A program made the position numbers and the translations under genes. Below the pieces are notes generated by a model. That model ran no database searches and was not told the DNA's origin. It worked only from the letters and a program-made list of their open reading frames with translations. This document shows, piece by piece, positions 38,574-47,484 of a DNA stretch of 64,000 nucleotides (position 1 is the stretch's first letter; each line of letters begins with the position of its first letter). This stretch comes from Candidatus Eiseniibacteriota bacterium (GTDB lineage: Bacteria > Eisenbacteria > RBG-16-71-46 > CAIMUX01 > VGJL01): the NCBI GenBank assembly GCA_963792585.1, contig CAWBWI010000001.1:1568001-1632000 (forward strand), in the 5' to 3' direction.

Positions 38574-39983
38574 TCACTTGCCTCCGTCCATGTACATTTG
38601 ACCGGGCTGGTCCTCGCCTTGGTCGGGCCCGCTCGGGCCGGCGATCGGACTCTTCTCCCCACCAATGGGAATCAGTCCCAGGATGGAGACCTTCTTGGTC
38701 CGCGTGTGTTCCGGATCGCTGTCCTTGTCGCGCAGGACAGAGGAGACCACGTACCGCAGCGTTCCGCCCTGGGGCCCGAGTGAGTAGCTCCAGCTCTCGA
38801 TCCAGATCCCCATTTCCGTTACCTGCTCGTCGTCGCATCCGTACTTGAGCTCCCAACCGGTGAGCATCGGCACCGCGCATTCGAAGGGGATGTTCTCGAC
38901 CGTGAACTCCTCCGAGAGGACGTCTCCCTGGCCCGACGAGACGCACGACGTGGTCGGTCCCGTGTCCTCCTTGGGCAGAATCGAAAAGGGGGGTTGGATG
39001 ACGCCGACATCGGTGCCGCCCAGTGCGGAGGCCATCTCACCGAAGAGGTAGTCTCTTCGCTTGTCGTTGTCCTTGAAGACGGCCTGCGCGTCCCAGCTCA
39101 CGAAACCGGAGTCGGCGTGGCTCGTGAGAAGGGTCGAGGGAATCGTCAGCTCGTGGAACGCCTTCCGGTATTTCTTCTCCTGCTCGACGAAGGTCTCGCT
39201 GTGGTCCAGGTTGTATGCGATCTGGAGCAGGTGGTGATCCGAGTCGCCGCGGAATCCGAATCCCCTCGGCAATACGGCGACGGTGCCGCGGGATACGAAT
39301 GCGGGGTTCTGGATGAAGCTGCTGAAGGAGGCGAGCGCTGTCGTCGTTCCGTCGTTCGGTGCGAAGAAGAAGTTGTCGGCCGCGCCCCCGTTCGAGTTGC
39401 AGAAGGCGGTCGCATCATCGTGGTCGACGACTGCGTCGATGGCCGGGTCGTTCCATGCGATGACGGTGTAGTGGTAGCACCATTCATAGGCGTCATCGAA
39501 GTTCTTGTCGGAGAGGATCCCGGCCGCCTGCCAGTTCAGGGTATTGCGCGCCAACTCGATCCTGCCGACAAAGGTCCCGACGCCCTCGATTTCGTGGTCC
39601 TTGTGCAGGTATTTCACCTTCCAGCCATTGAGGAAGACTGTTGCCCGATTGGCGAAGACGGGCAGTTCCAGCGTCTGCTGGACCTTGATGATGTTCTCCG
39701 TTTCATCCTCGTTGGACTCCGCGCAGGCGGATCCATGGTAGACGGCGAATCGCTGGGCCGGATCGAGGAGCACCTGGACGGGCGGATCCCCAATCGGATC
39801 CTTCAGTGGGGCGTCATCGAAGCGTGAGCACAGACCAGCCTCCACCGAGAATCCACAGGCCGTCGCCAGGATCAAGGCAAGGAGACCCGCGGGTATGGCC
39901 GCTCGTGCCGCCGGAAGGAGGAAGGCCGGGAACGGGGACGATAGCCGGATCATCTTCATCAGTGTGCCCTCTACGACCCTCAT
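38574..39983 (-). CDS. Unrecognised lipoprotein, paralog of 36932..38572
   Basis: Lipobox LATAC; shared blocks such as RGTVAVLPRGFGF and PMLTGW. Start uncertain (39983 or 39959). Confidence 0.8.
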   Translation of the reverse strand: MRVVEGTLMKMIRLSSPFPAFLLPAARAAIPAGLLALILATACGFSVEAGLCSRFDDAPLKDPIGDPPVQVLLDPAQRFAVYHGSACAESNEDETENIIKVQQTLELPVFANRATVFLNGWKVKYLHKDHEIEGVGTFVGRIELARNTLNWQAAGILSDKNFDDAYEWCYHYTVIAWNDPAIDAVVDHDDATAFCNSNGGAADNFFFAPNDGTTTALASFSSFIQNPAFVSRGTVAVLPRGFGFRGDSDHHLLQIAYNLDHSETFVEQEKKYRKAFHELTIPSTLLTSHADSGFVSWDAQAVFKDNDKRRDYLFGEMASALGGTDVGVIQPPFSILPKEDTGPTTSCVSSGQGDVLSEEFTVENIPFECAVPMLTGWELKYGCDDEQVTEMGIWIESWSYSLGPQGGTLRYVVSSVLRDKDSDPEHTRTKKVSILGLIPIGGEKSPIAGPSGPDQGEDQPGQMYMDGGK

Positions 39984-40264
39984 CGAGGTCTCCGGAGATT
40001 GGTGTCGAGCGGCCCGAGGCTCTTGCGCGCTTCGTGGCTATCGTTCAAACAGAAGTCACGGGGTTGAAGCTCCGCGCGTCAGGCTCAGGCGCTCAACGTA
40101 ACGAACGAAGCTAACAGATTCACTCCAGCCGTGCGCGAATAGTTCTCGTTCGCCGAGAGCTACTCTCGGGGAAGGAATCCCGGCGGGTCGGGTGGTATCT
40201 CCCAACGCAGCCTTCGGTTGCGGGACTTGCCCGCGAAACTCGTCCTAGGGGCTGAATATGATTC

Positions 40265-40290
40265 GTAACCCATTCCGTGTCCGGGCGTAG
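40265..40290 (+). promoter_or_regulatory. Putative ECF-sigma autoregulatory promoter
   Basis: GTAAC-16 nt-CGTAG matches the AAC/CGT pattern of many ECF promoters and sits directly upstream of the ECF gene. Confidence 0.5.
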
Positions 40291-40330
40291 AATGGCCTAA
40301 GCGAAAGCGCCCCCGCTTTCGTCCTCTAGG

Positions 40331-40942
40331 GTGAGTTCGGGGTTGGCGGAGATGGTGATGCAAGACTGTCGCGCTGACATCGAACTGGCCCGGCAAGCAG
40401 CCTCCGGTGAACAGAGCTCTTGGCGTCAGATCTACGATGCGACCTGCGATCGACTGGCTTCCATCCTGCTCTGTCTGGTCGGCAACCGCGACGAAGCCCT
40501 CGACCTGCTTCAGGAGACGTACCTCCAAGCGTTTCGACACATCGACCGCTATCGCGGAGATGCGCCCATCGAGGTCTGGCTGCGGGTGATCGCGATTCGC
40601 AAAGCGCTCGATTGGAGAAGGACGGTGCTCCGTCGGATCAAGCAGACGGTCCGTCTCACCGAGACAACGGCGACGGTGGATCCCCTTCCCGGAGCTGCCG
40701 GGGCGGACCAGGCATCACCGACCCTCCTGAGGGCGCTGCGAAAGCTCTCACCGTCGCAGCAGGCCGCGCTGATCCTCCGGGAGTGCGAGGGATGGAGCTT
40801 TGCCGAGGTCGCGAAGGCGCTCGGGTGCAAAGAGAGCACCGCGCGCGTCCACCACGCGAAGGCGAGGGAGCGAATGCACCGGATCCTGACACGGGGTTCT
40901 TTGAACTGGAAAGAGGACGGTCTGGAAGGGCAGCCGATATGA
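40331..40942 (+). CDS. ECF-family RNA polymerase sigma factor
   Basis: Region 2 EALDLLQETYLQAF..IDRYRG..IEVWLRVIA; region 4 LILRECEGWSFAEVAKALG..ESTAR...AR. Start may be 40352 or 40358. Confidence 0.92.
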   Translation: MSSGLAEMVMQDCRADIELARQAASGEQSSWRQIYDATCDRLASILLCLVGNRDEALDLLQETYLQAFRHIDRYRGDAPIEVWLRVIAIRKALDWRRTVLRRIKQTVRLTETTATVDPLPGAAGADQASPTLLRALRKLSPSQQAALILRECEGWSFAEVAKALGCKESTARVHHAKARERMHRILTRGSLNWKEDGLEGQPI

Positions 40943-43587
40943 AGACGCAATATGAAGCGGAGCGTCCCCGGTTGACGCGTGAGGAGCACCAGGCGGTTTG
41001 GCGGCGGATTCTCGAGGCCTCCGAATCCCCGCGGGGGGGCGTGCGGCGAATGCGCCTCGCCGGCGCGGCGGCGGGAGTGGCTCTTGCGATCACGGGATGG
41101 ATCCTGGTCACGCATCATGGACAGGCCCCTCCGGGGCCCGCGATGTCATCCTTCGAGAACGAGGACCTTCCGGAAACCGGACCGAGCGCGCCCCTGGACT
41201 CCCCCGCACGCGAGCCCCTCTCATCCCCCTCCACTCCTCCCGAACCCGTCCGCACGGTGGGACAAGACCGTCCAGTCGCCGCGAGCATTCCGGCGACCCC
41301 GTCCGGCCGGGCGGCGGGCTCGGGGGAAGGGAGCGGATCCAATACGCCCGCACAGGCGACGGCAACTTCGTTCGATTCAACCGCCATGGCCTCCTCCGGA
41401 GCGGTCACTCCGCCCGATTCTGCCTCCATGACCTCCCCGGGACCGATGACCCCGCGCGATTCGACCGCCATGGCCGGCGCCGGCAACGCCGAGCCCCCTC
41501 CGGTCGGCCCAGGAAAGACGACGACGATCGCCGCCTCGCGTTCAGCGGGTAGGGCCTCGGCCGGATCGATCCGGGGGATCGTGACGGGAACGGACGGGAA
41601 GCCCCTGCCCTATGTGAACGTCGTGGTGCTCGGCACCGCATGGGGCGCCATGTCGAATCAGGATGGGCTCTTCTCGATTCGGAACGTCCCCGAAGGGGTC
41701 TTCGCGGTCAAGGCCATGTGCATTGGATACTCCGATCGCCTGGTCGACTCCGTCGCGGTGCTGCCGGAACTCACGGCAAGTCTGGACATCGAGCTGGAAC
41801 AGAAGGTCGTCGGGACGATGGACATGGTCGAGATCACGGCCGCCCGACAGCTGATCAGGCTGAAGTCGACGGAGTCGAGACACAATACCAACTCGAAGAA
41901 CATGGAGAATCTCCCGCTCGATGAAGTTTCGGAGCTGATTGGTCTCAAGGCGGGCGTCGTCGCCCAGGGCGGGGAACTGCATTTCCGAGGAGGTCGCTCC
42001 GGAGAGGAGCACTACCTGGTGGACGCGGTCACCGCTCGCGACCTTCGGGTCGGCGGTCCCGCCAACCAAACCGGTGGGAATGCCGCGACTCCTCCATCAC
42101 CCCCCGTCGTCCCCATCACGGGCGGGTCGACCCTGCCAAACGACGAGGTGTACGACTCGATGTACTTCGAGCACTATGGGGTCAATCCATTCATCGTCAC
42201 GCAGGAGGATTCGCTTTCGACCTTCGCGGCGGACGTGGATGCCGCCTCCTATACTCTTGCGCGCCGTTACATCGAACTCGGTCATCTCCCGCCGAAGGAC
42301 GCCGTCCGCGTGGAGGAGTTCATCAACTTCTTCAAGCAGGGGTATCCCGAATTCCAGGAACCCGATTTTCGGATCCTCATCGACGGCGCGCCCTCGGCTT
42401 TCGGTGACGGATATCATCTGCTGCGCATCGGTCTGAAGGGTCGCGTCGTCGATCCGGAGCATCGCAAGCCGGCGAACCTCACATTCGTGATCGACGTCTC
42501 CGGATCGATGCAGCGGGAGGACCGGCTGGAACTCGTGAAGAAGGCTCTCGAGATCCTGATCGACAAGCTTCGGCCGGACGATCGGGTCGGACTCATCGTC
42601 TACGGAACCCACGCCCGTTTGGTTCTGGAGCCGACATCGATCGGCGAGAAAGGGGCTCTCCTGCTCGCGATTCGCGCTCTCCGTCCGGAAGGAAGCACGA
42701 ACGCGGAGGAGGGACTGCTGCTGGGCTACGAGATGGCCAGGCGAAACCACGACCCGCAGAAGCTCAACCGGATCATCCTGTGCGCCGACGGCGTCGCGAA
42801 TGAAGGGGTGACGAGCGCGGAAGCGATCCTCGACCGTGTCCGCCGGGAAGCGGATCGCGGAATCGCCCTTTCGACGATCGGATTCGGGATGGGCAACTAC
42901 AACGACGTCCTGATGGAGAAGCTGGCGGACAGGGGCGACGGGAATTACTACTACGTGGATCGACTCGATGAGGCGGCACGTGTCTTCGAAGAGAACCTGA
43001 CCGCAACGCTCCAGACCATCGCCCGGGATGTGAAGATCCAGGTCGCTTTCGACCCGCGGCGGGTCGCCCGCTATCGCCTGCTCGGGTTCGAGAATCGGGA
43101 CGTGGCCGATCGAGATTTCCGCAACGACAGGGTCGACGCGGGCGAGATCGGCGCGGGCCACGAGATGACGGCCCTTTACGAAGTGAAACTGATCGACGGA
43201 GTCGAGACGGGCAGGATCGCGACCGTGCGCGTTCGTTACGCACGCCCCGATGGGGATTCGGTTGGGCCGCCCGATGTCCGCGAGTTGGAGGGTCGGTTCG
43301 ATGCGAGCGACTTCGCGCGGTCGTTCGATGAGGCGCAACCCCGATTCCGACTCGACGCTGCGGCGGCGGAACTCGCCGAGATCCTCCGCCACAGCTTCTG
43401 GGCGAAGGAGAGCCGGCTCGTCGATGTCCTGTCCATTGGCCGACGCGTGGCGGATGAGCTCGGGGAGGACGAGGACGCCCAGGCCTTTGCCAAGATCGTG
43501 GAAAGGGCGACCGGTCTCGGCGAGCGAGTCACCCCCGGAGAACGGGTCCATGGCGCGAGGCCGACGCAGCCTTCGCCTTCGGAGTGA
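40939..43587 (+). CDS. Membrane-anchored anti-sigma-like / carboxypeptidase-regulatory-like / TonB-plug fragment / vWA (YfbK-type) fusion
   Basis: ATGA overlap with the sigma gene; single TM; Pro/Ser linker; GSIRGIVT..GKPLPYVNV; LHFRGGRS; STFAADVDAASY, VRVEEFINFF, MIDAS DVSGSM, RYRLLGFENR, DAGEIGAGH. Confidence 0.88.
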   Translation: MKTQYEAERPRLTREEHQAVWRRILEASESPRGGVRRMRLAGAAAGVALAITGWILVTHHGQAPPGPAMSSFENEDLPETGPSAPLDSPAREPLSSPSTPPEPVRTVGQDRPVAASIPATPSGRAAGSGEGSGSNTPAQATATSFDSTAMASSGAVTPPDSASMTSPGPMTPRDSTAMAGAGNAEPPPVGPGKTTTIAASRSAGRASAGSIRGIVTGTDGKPLPYVNVVVLGTAWGAMSNQDGLFSIRNVPEGVFAVKAMCIGYSDRLVDSVAVLPELTASLDIELEQKVVGTMDMVEITAARQLIRLKSTESRHNTNSKNMENLPLDEVSELIGLKAGVVAQGGELHFRGGRSGEEHYLVDAVTARDLRVGGPANQTGGNAATPPSPPVVPITGGSTLPNDEVYDSMYFEHYGVNPFIVTQEDSLSTFAADVDAASYTLARRYIELGHLPPKDAVRVEEFINFFKQGYPEFQEPDFRILIDGAPSAFGDGYHLLRIGLKGRVVDPEHRKPANLTFVIDVSGSMQREDRLELVKKALEILIDKLRPDDRVGLIVYGTHARLVLEPTSIGEKGALLLAIRALRPEGSTNAEEGLLLGYEMARRNHDPQKLNRIILCADGVANEGVTSAEAILDRVRREADRGIALSTIGFGMGNYNDVLMEKLADRGDGNYYYVDRLDEAARVFEENLTATLQTIARDVKIQVAFDPRRVARYRLLGFENRDVADRDFRNDRVDAGEIGAGHEMTALYEVKLIDGVETGRIATVRVRYARPDGDSVGPPDVRELEGRFDASDFARSFDEAQPRFRLDAAAAELAEILRHSFWAKESRLVDVLSIGRRVADELGEDEDAQAFAKIVERATGLGERVTPGERVHGARPTQPSPSE
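41374..41475 (+). repeat. Degenerate 42-bp tandem repeat (~2.4 copies) in the linker coding region
   Basis: Units start at 41374, 41416 and 41458, encoding DSTAMASSGAVTPP / DSASMTSPGPMTPR / DSTAMA. Confidence 0.8.
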
Positions 43588-43959
43588 GGCATCGATTCAC
43601 GCTGTGACCTCCGCATGGCTGCTCAGACACATCGAATCGAGTCCGGGATCCAGTGCTGAGCGCTGGTTTCCGGACTTCCAGCCGACATAGTGTTACTTTT
43701 CCCGTATCTGCCGTGTCGACGGTTCCTCGTCATTTGCCCTCATCCAGATCGCTGACCGCGGCGTCTTCTCCTAATGACTGCTTGGAACATCGCCCGATAA
43801 CTAGGACGGACCAACTGTCGCCCAACCGGCCATGGCCGGAACGGAACACTCCAGTTCGACCCAGCGACTGTACGGGGGGTTCTCGATGCTGTCGGTACGA
43901 GACTCTGAATCCAATCCCGGGGATCAAACGACCTCCCACCCGTCGATTGCCCCGCCTCG

Positions 43960-44388
43960 ATGAAGGAACGGAAGACGGAAGGCGTGGCCTGCGGAGGAAC
44001 GGAGACGATCCTCCTCGCCGAGGACGAAGCGATTGTGCGGATGCTCAACGAGCGCGTCCTCCGAGAGGCCGGGTACACGGTGCTGACCGCGGTGGATGGG
44101 CAGGAGGCGGTTCGCGTGTTCGAGGCGAATGCCGATTCCATCTCCCTGGTCATCCTGGACGTGGTCATGCCCAGGATGGACGGAATCGTCGCCTGTCACC
44201 ATATCTGGAAGATCCGGGAGGACGTGCTCTTCCTCTTTACCAGCGGCTATGGCGCCGACGTTCTAGGCACCGGGTTCCTGGAGGAAGCAGGCCACTGCTT
44301 TCTCGGGAAGCCGGTGAAGGCCTCCGACCTGCTGCATAAGGTTCGCGAGATTCTCGGCCCCGGGAAACGCCCGATGCCGGCGGCGTAG
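43960..44388 (+). CDS. Stand-alone response regulator receiver domain
   Basis: GTETILLAEDE, LVILDVVMPRMDG, FTSGY, FLGKP. Confidence 0.85.
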   Translation: MKERKTEGVACGGTETILLAEDEAIVRMLNERVLREAGYTVLTAVDGQEAVRVFEANADSISLVILDVVMPRMDGIVACHHIWKIREDVLFLFTSGYGADVLGTGFLEEAGHCFLGKPVKASDLLHKVREILGPGKRPMPAA

Positions 44389-44519
44389 CGGCGAGGGGTC
44401 GACGCATCCGGCCCTCCCTGTCCTCGGTGAATAGGGAGGCGGCTCCGGTGACGCCGGGTTCCGCGCATGGTAGACTGCGCGGGTCGATGGAATCGGCCCT
44501 GACGGGGAGCGCACAAACC

Positions 44520-45443
44520 ATGGACATTCTTCACACTATCGGCAACACATCGATGGTCCGACTTCGCAAGGTCGTGCCGCCCACGTGTGCGGACATCTTC
44601 GCAAAACTCGAGGGGGAAAACCCCACCGGCAGCGTCAAGGACCGGATGGCCTACGCCGTGATTTCACGGGCGGAGGATGACGGCCGACTGAAGCCCGGAG
44701 ACACCGTCCTCGAGTACACGGGTGGCAGCACGGGGACGTCGCTCGCGCTTGTCTGCGCCGCCAAGGGCTACCGTCTCCGGATCGTCACCTCCGATGCGTT
44801 CAGCCGGGAAAAGCTGGATCACATGGCCGCTTTGGGTGCGGAGCTGACGCTCGTTCCGAGCGAGGGAGGCCTCACCACCAAGAAGCTAATCCTGGACATG
44901 ATCGAAGTCGCCCGTGGGATGAGCCGGCAGCCCCACACCTACTGGACGGATCAGCTCAACAATCGTGACAGCATCGCGGGATACGCCTCTCTGGGCGAGG
45001 AGATCTGGAGTCAAACGAAGGGTGAGATAGACGCCTTCGTACACTGTGTGGGCACGGCGGCATCCCTGCGCGGGGTCGCCGTGGTGCTGAAGCAATACAA
45101 GCCGAGCATCAAGATCGTCGCCGTCGAACCGGCGGAATCCTCGGTCCTGCTGGGAGGTCAGGCAGGGCCTCACAAGATCGAGGGAGTTGGGATTGGCTAC
45201 ACTCCCCCTCTGTGGGAGCCGACCCTTGTGGACGAGATCGTGCCCGTCCGAACGGAAGACGCGAAGGAGATGGCCAGGCGCATCGCGCGGGATGAAGGGC
45301 TCTTCGCGGGGACCTCCTCCGGCGCAAACGTCGTCGCAGCGCTTCTGGTGGCGGAGCGGCTGGGGCGGGCCGCCAAAGTCGTCACGCTGATGGCGGACTC
45401 GGGCCTGAAGTACCTGAGCACCGATGTGTACAGAACCAAGTAG
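44520..45443 (+). CDS. PLP-dependent cysteine synthase family protein
   Basis: IGNT, AKLEGENPTGSVKDR, GPHKIEGVG, GTSSGAN, DSGLKYLST. Confidence 0.92.
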   Translation: MDILHTIGNTSMVRLRKVVPPTCADIFAKLEGENPTGSVKDRMAYAVISRAEDDGRLKPGDTVLEYTGGSTGTSLALVCAAKGYRLRIVTSDAFSREKLDHMAALGAELTLVPSEGGLTTKKLILDMIEVARGMSRQPHTYWTDQLNNRDSIAGYASLGEEIWSQTKGEIDAFVHCVGTAASLRGVAVVLKQYKPSIKIVAVEPAESSVLLGGQAGPHKIEGVGIGYTPPLWEPTLVDEIVPVRTEDAKEMARRIARDEGLFAGTSSGANVVAALLVAERLGRAAKVVTLMADSGLKYLSTDVYRTK

Positions 45444-45527
45444 GACGCGTTCGCACGCACCGCGTGGCTGAAAGGATTCCGGCCGGATAGCCGCCATCGC
45501 CGGGCCGAGCATCCCCGAGCGGCAGTG

Positions 45528-45572
45528 GGCGCCTGTCAACGAAGACTCTCCCGAGCTTCGCCGACAGGCGCC
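45528..45572. terminator. Extended hairpin between convergent genes
   Basis: GGCGCCTGTC / GACAGGCGCC outer stem with inner CGAAG / CTTCG pairing. Confidence 0.5.
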
Positions 45573-45660
45573 GATCGTTGGAACCTATCCGGGGAGACGC
45601 GCACTCTGCGGCTGCATCCACCCCTCACACCGAGGAAGCTACTCTCACCCTCACCGCCCT

Positions 45661-47085
45661 CTAGCCCGTCGGACGGACGTTCGCGTTGACCTGGAAGAGG
45701 TTCGTTGGATCGTACTTGTTCTTCAGTTGGACGAGCCGATCGTAATTGGCGCCGTATGCTGCCTTGACACGGCCCTGTTCCTCCTGGGTCAGGAAGTTCA
45801 CATAAGCACCGGCCGCGGCAAACGGAGTGGTTGCATTGAACAGGTCCCGGGCCCAGCCGATGCACTTCGCGTCGTTCGCAGGATCGGCCCACCTCCCGTG
45901 AACGTTGAGCACGAACTGCGCGTCCCGGGCCGTATAGGCGGTCGCGTTCGCCGGGACCCTGTTGACCGCCCCGCCGAGTTGCGCGAACGCGATTTCCGTC
46001 TGCGGGTCCGGGATCCGCTTCGCGTGGTCGATGAAGACATCGATGAGGCCGTCGCTCAGCTCCCGGAAATTGTGCGACTTCCAGTAGTTGCGCGCCCCGG
46101 GCGTCAGCATGGGATCCAACAGGGTCTGCCACGTCGTGTAGGAAGTTGGCGCGATGACGTCCGCCAGCGGTTTGCCATAGTCCCGCAAGGGCTTGGCGAT
46201 GCGCTCCCCGTCCTCCAGCTTGCCGCTGTAGCACACGGCCAATGCGAGGATCTCTTTCCCGTGCCACTCGGGCGAGAGGAAGGGAAGGGGCGGAGCCTGC
46301 CGGAGCACGAGCCAGCAGACCATCTCCTCCGGTGTGCCGGCGATGTAGTCCCGATAGTAGCGGAGGGTGTCGCGGGCCGACTCGAGAGGATGGATGATCA
46401 ATCCGGAGAAGACCTCCGGGCCGACCTGATGAAGACGGAATTCGAATGAGGTCACGACCCCGAAGTTGCCGCCACCACCCCGAACGCCCCAGAACAGGTC
46501 CGCGTTCTGCGACTCGCTGGCGGTGACCGCCTCGCCCGCGGCAGTGACCAGACCGACGGAGATGAGGTTGTCGATGGTGAGCCCGAACCGGCGACTGAGC
46601 CAGCCGAAGCCGCCACCAAGGGTCAGCCCGGCGACGCCCGTCGTCGAGTTGATCCCGAGAGGCGTGGCAAGACCATGCGCCTGCGTCTCCCGGTCGATGT
46701 CCGCCAGGGTCGCTCCCGCGCCCACGCGCGCGGTCCGGTGAGCGGTATCCACTTGAACCGAGTTCATCAGCGAGAGATCGATCATGATGCCGCCATCGCA
46801 GACCGCATTCCCCGCGATGTTGTGGCCGCCCCCGCGGACCGCGACCAGCAAGTCGTGCTTGCGGGCGAAACGAACCGCTTCGATCACATCCTGCGCCTCC
46901 GCACATCGGACGATCAGCGCGGGGCGTCGGTCGATCATCGCATTCCAGACGGTGCGCGCATTTTCGTATCCCGACGATGCAGGAGTCAGGACCTGACCCT
47001 CCATCGTCCTCGTGAGTTCCTCGATCGCATCTTGCTTCAAGGATGTCTCCCCGCCCGCGCGAGTCTTCACCTGCAGATCTGGCAT
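45661..47085 (-). CDS. FAD-binding oxidoreductase, berberine-bridge-enzyme (VAO) family
   Basis: WNAMIDRRP, VRGGGHN, GGGFGWLSRRFGLTIDN, GGGGNFGVVT, YVNF, KYDPTNLF; GAGGAG RBS. Confidence 0.93.
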   Translation of the reverse strand: MPDLQVKTRAGGETSLKQDAIEELTRTMEGQVLTPASSGYENARTVWNAMIDRRPALIVRCAEAQDVIEAVRFARKHDLLVAVRGGGHNIAGNAVCDGGIMIDLSLMNSVQVDTAHRTARVGAGATLADIDRETQAHGLATPLGINSTTGVAGLTLGGGFGWLSRRFGLTIDNLISVGLVTAAGEAVTASESQNADLFWGVRGGGGNFGVVTSFEFRLHQVGPEVFSGLIIHPLESARDTLRYYRDYIAGTPEEMVCWLVLRQAPPLPFLSPEWHGKEILALAVCYSGKLEDGERIAKPLRDYGKPLADVIAPTSYTTWQTLLDPMLTPGARNYWKSHNFRELSDGLIDVFIDHAKRIPDPQTEIAFAQLGGAVNRVPANATAYTARDAQFVLNVHGRWADPANDAKCIGWARDLFNATTPFAAAGAYVNFLTQEEQGRVKAAYGANYDRLVQLKNKYDPTNLFQVNANVRPTG

Positions 47086-47484
47086 TGCAGTCTCCTCGAG
47101 AGCCTCCTTTGAATGCTGTTCGAGACTGCATTCTCCGGGAGCCATGAACGGTTGGATTCTCGGCGGCCTCCTAAGGGACGGAACAGCATACGCGTCCGTA
47201 CGGGGGTAGTTCCAACGCTTCCGCGGTCGACGCCTGGGGACGTCCCCGACGCCGCCATACGTGAATGGACTCACACACCGCGGCGCCGGGAAGCGCCCCT
47301 TCTCGAATCGGGCCCATTCGCCAAAATGCGTGACTGGGCCGCCATCCGGGTGTAAAATACGTGCCGGAAGTCTGAAAGCGCCGAGCGGATGGATGGACTG
47401 TCCCCTCCGAAAGTCCACCGCCCGCGTAGCGGCACTCTGCCGGCCCGATGATTCGAGCCCGCAGGCCTATGAAGGAGGTTGCTC

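Noticed and set aside
40420..40938. N-terminal extension making the vWA protein 1055 aa
   Set aside because: It overlaps the ECF sigma gene out of frame. ATGA coupling gives a start at 40939.
42097..43551. 484-aa minus-strand ORF
   Set aside because: Antisense shadow of the vWA gene.
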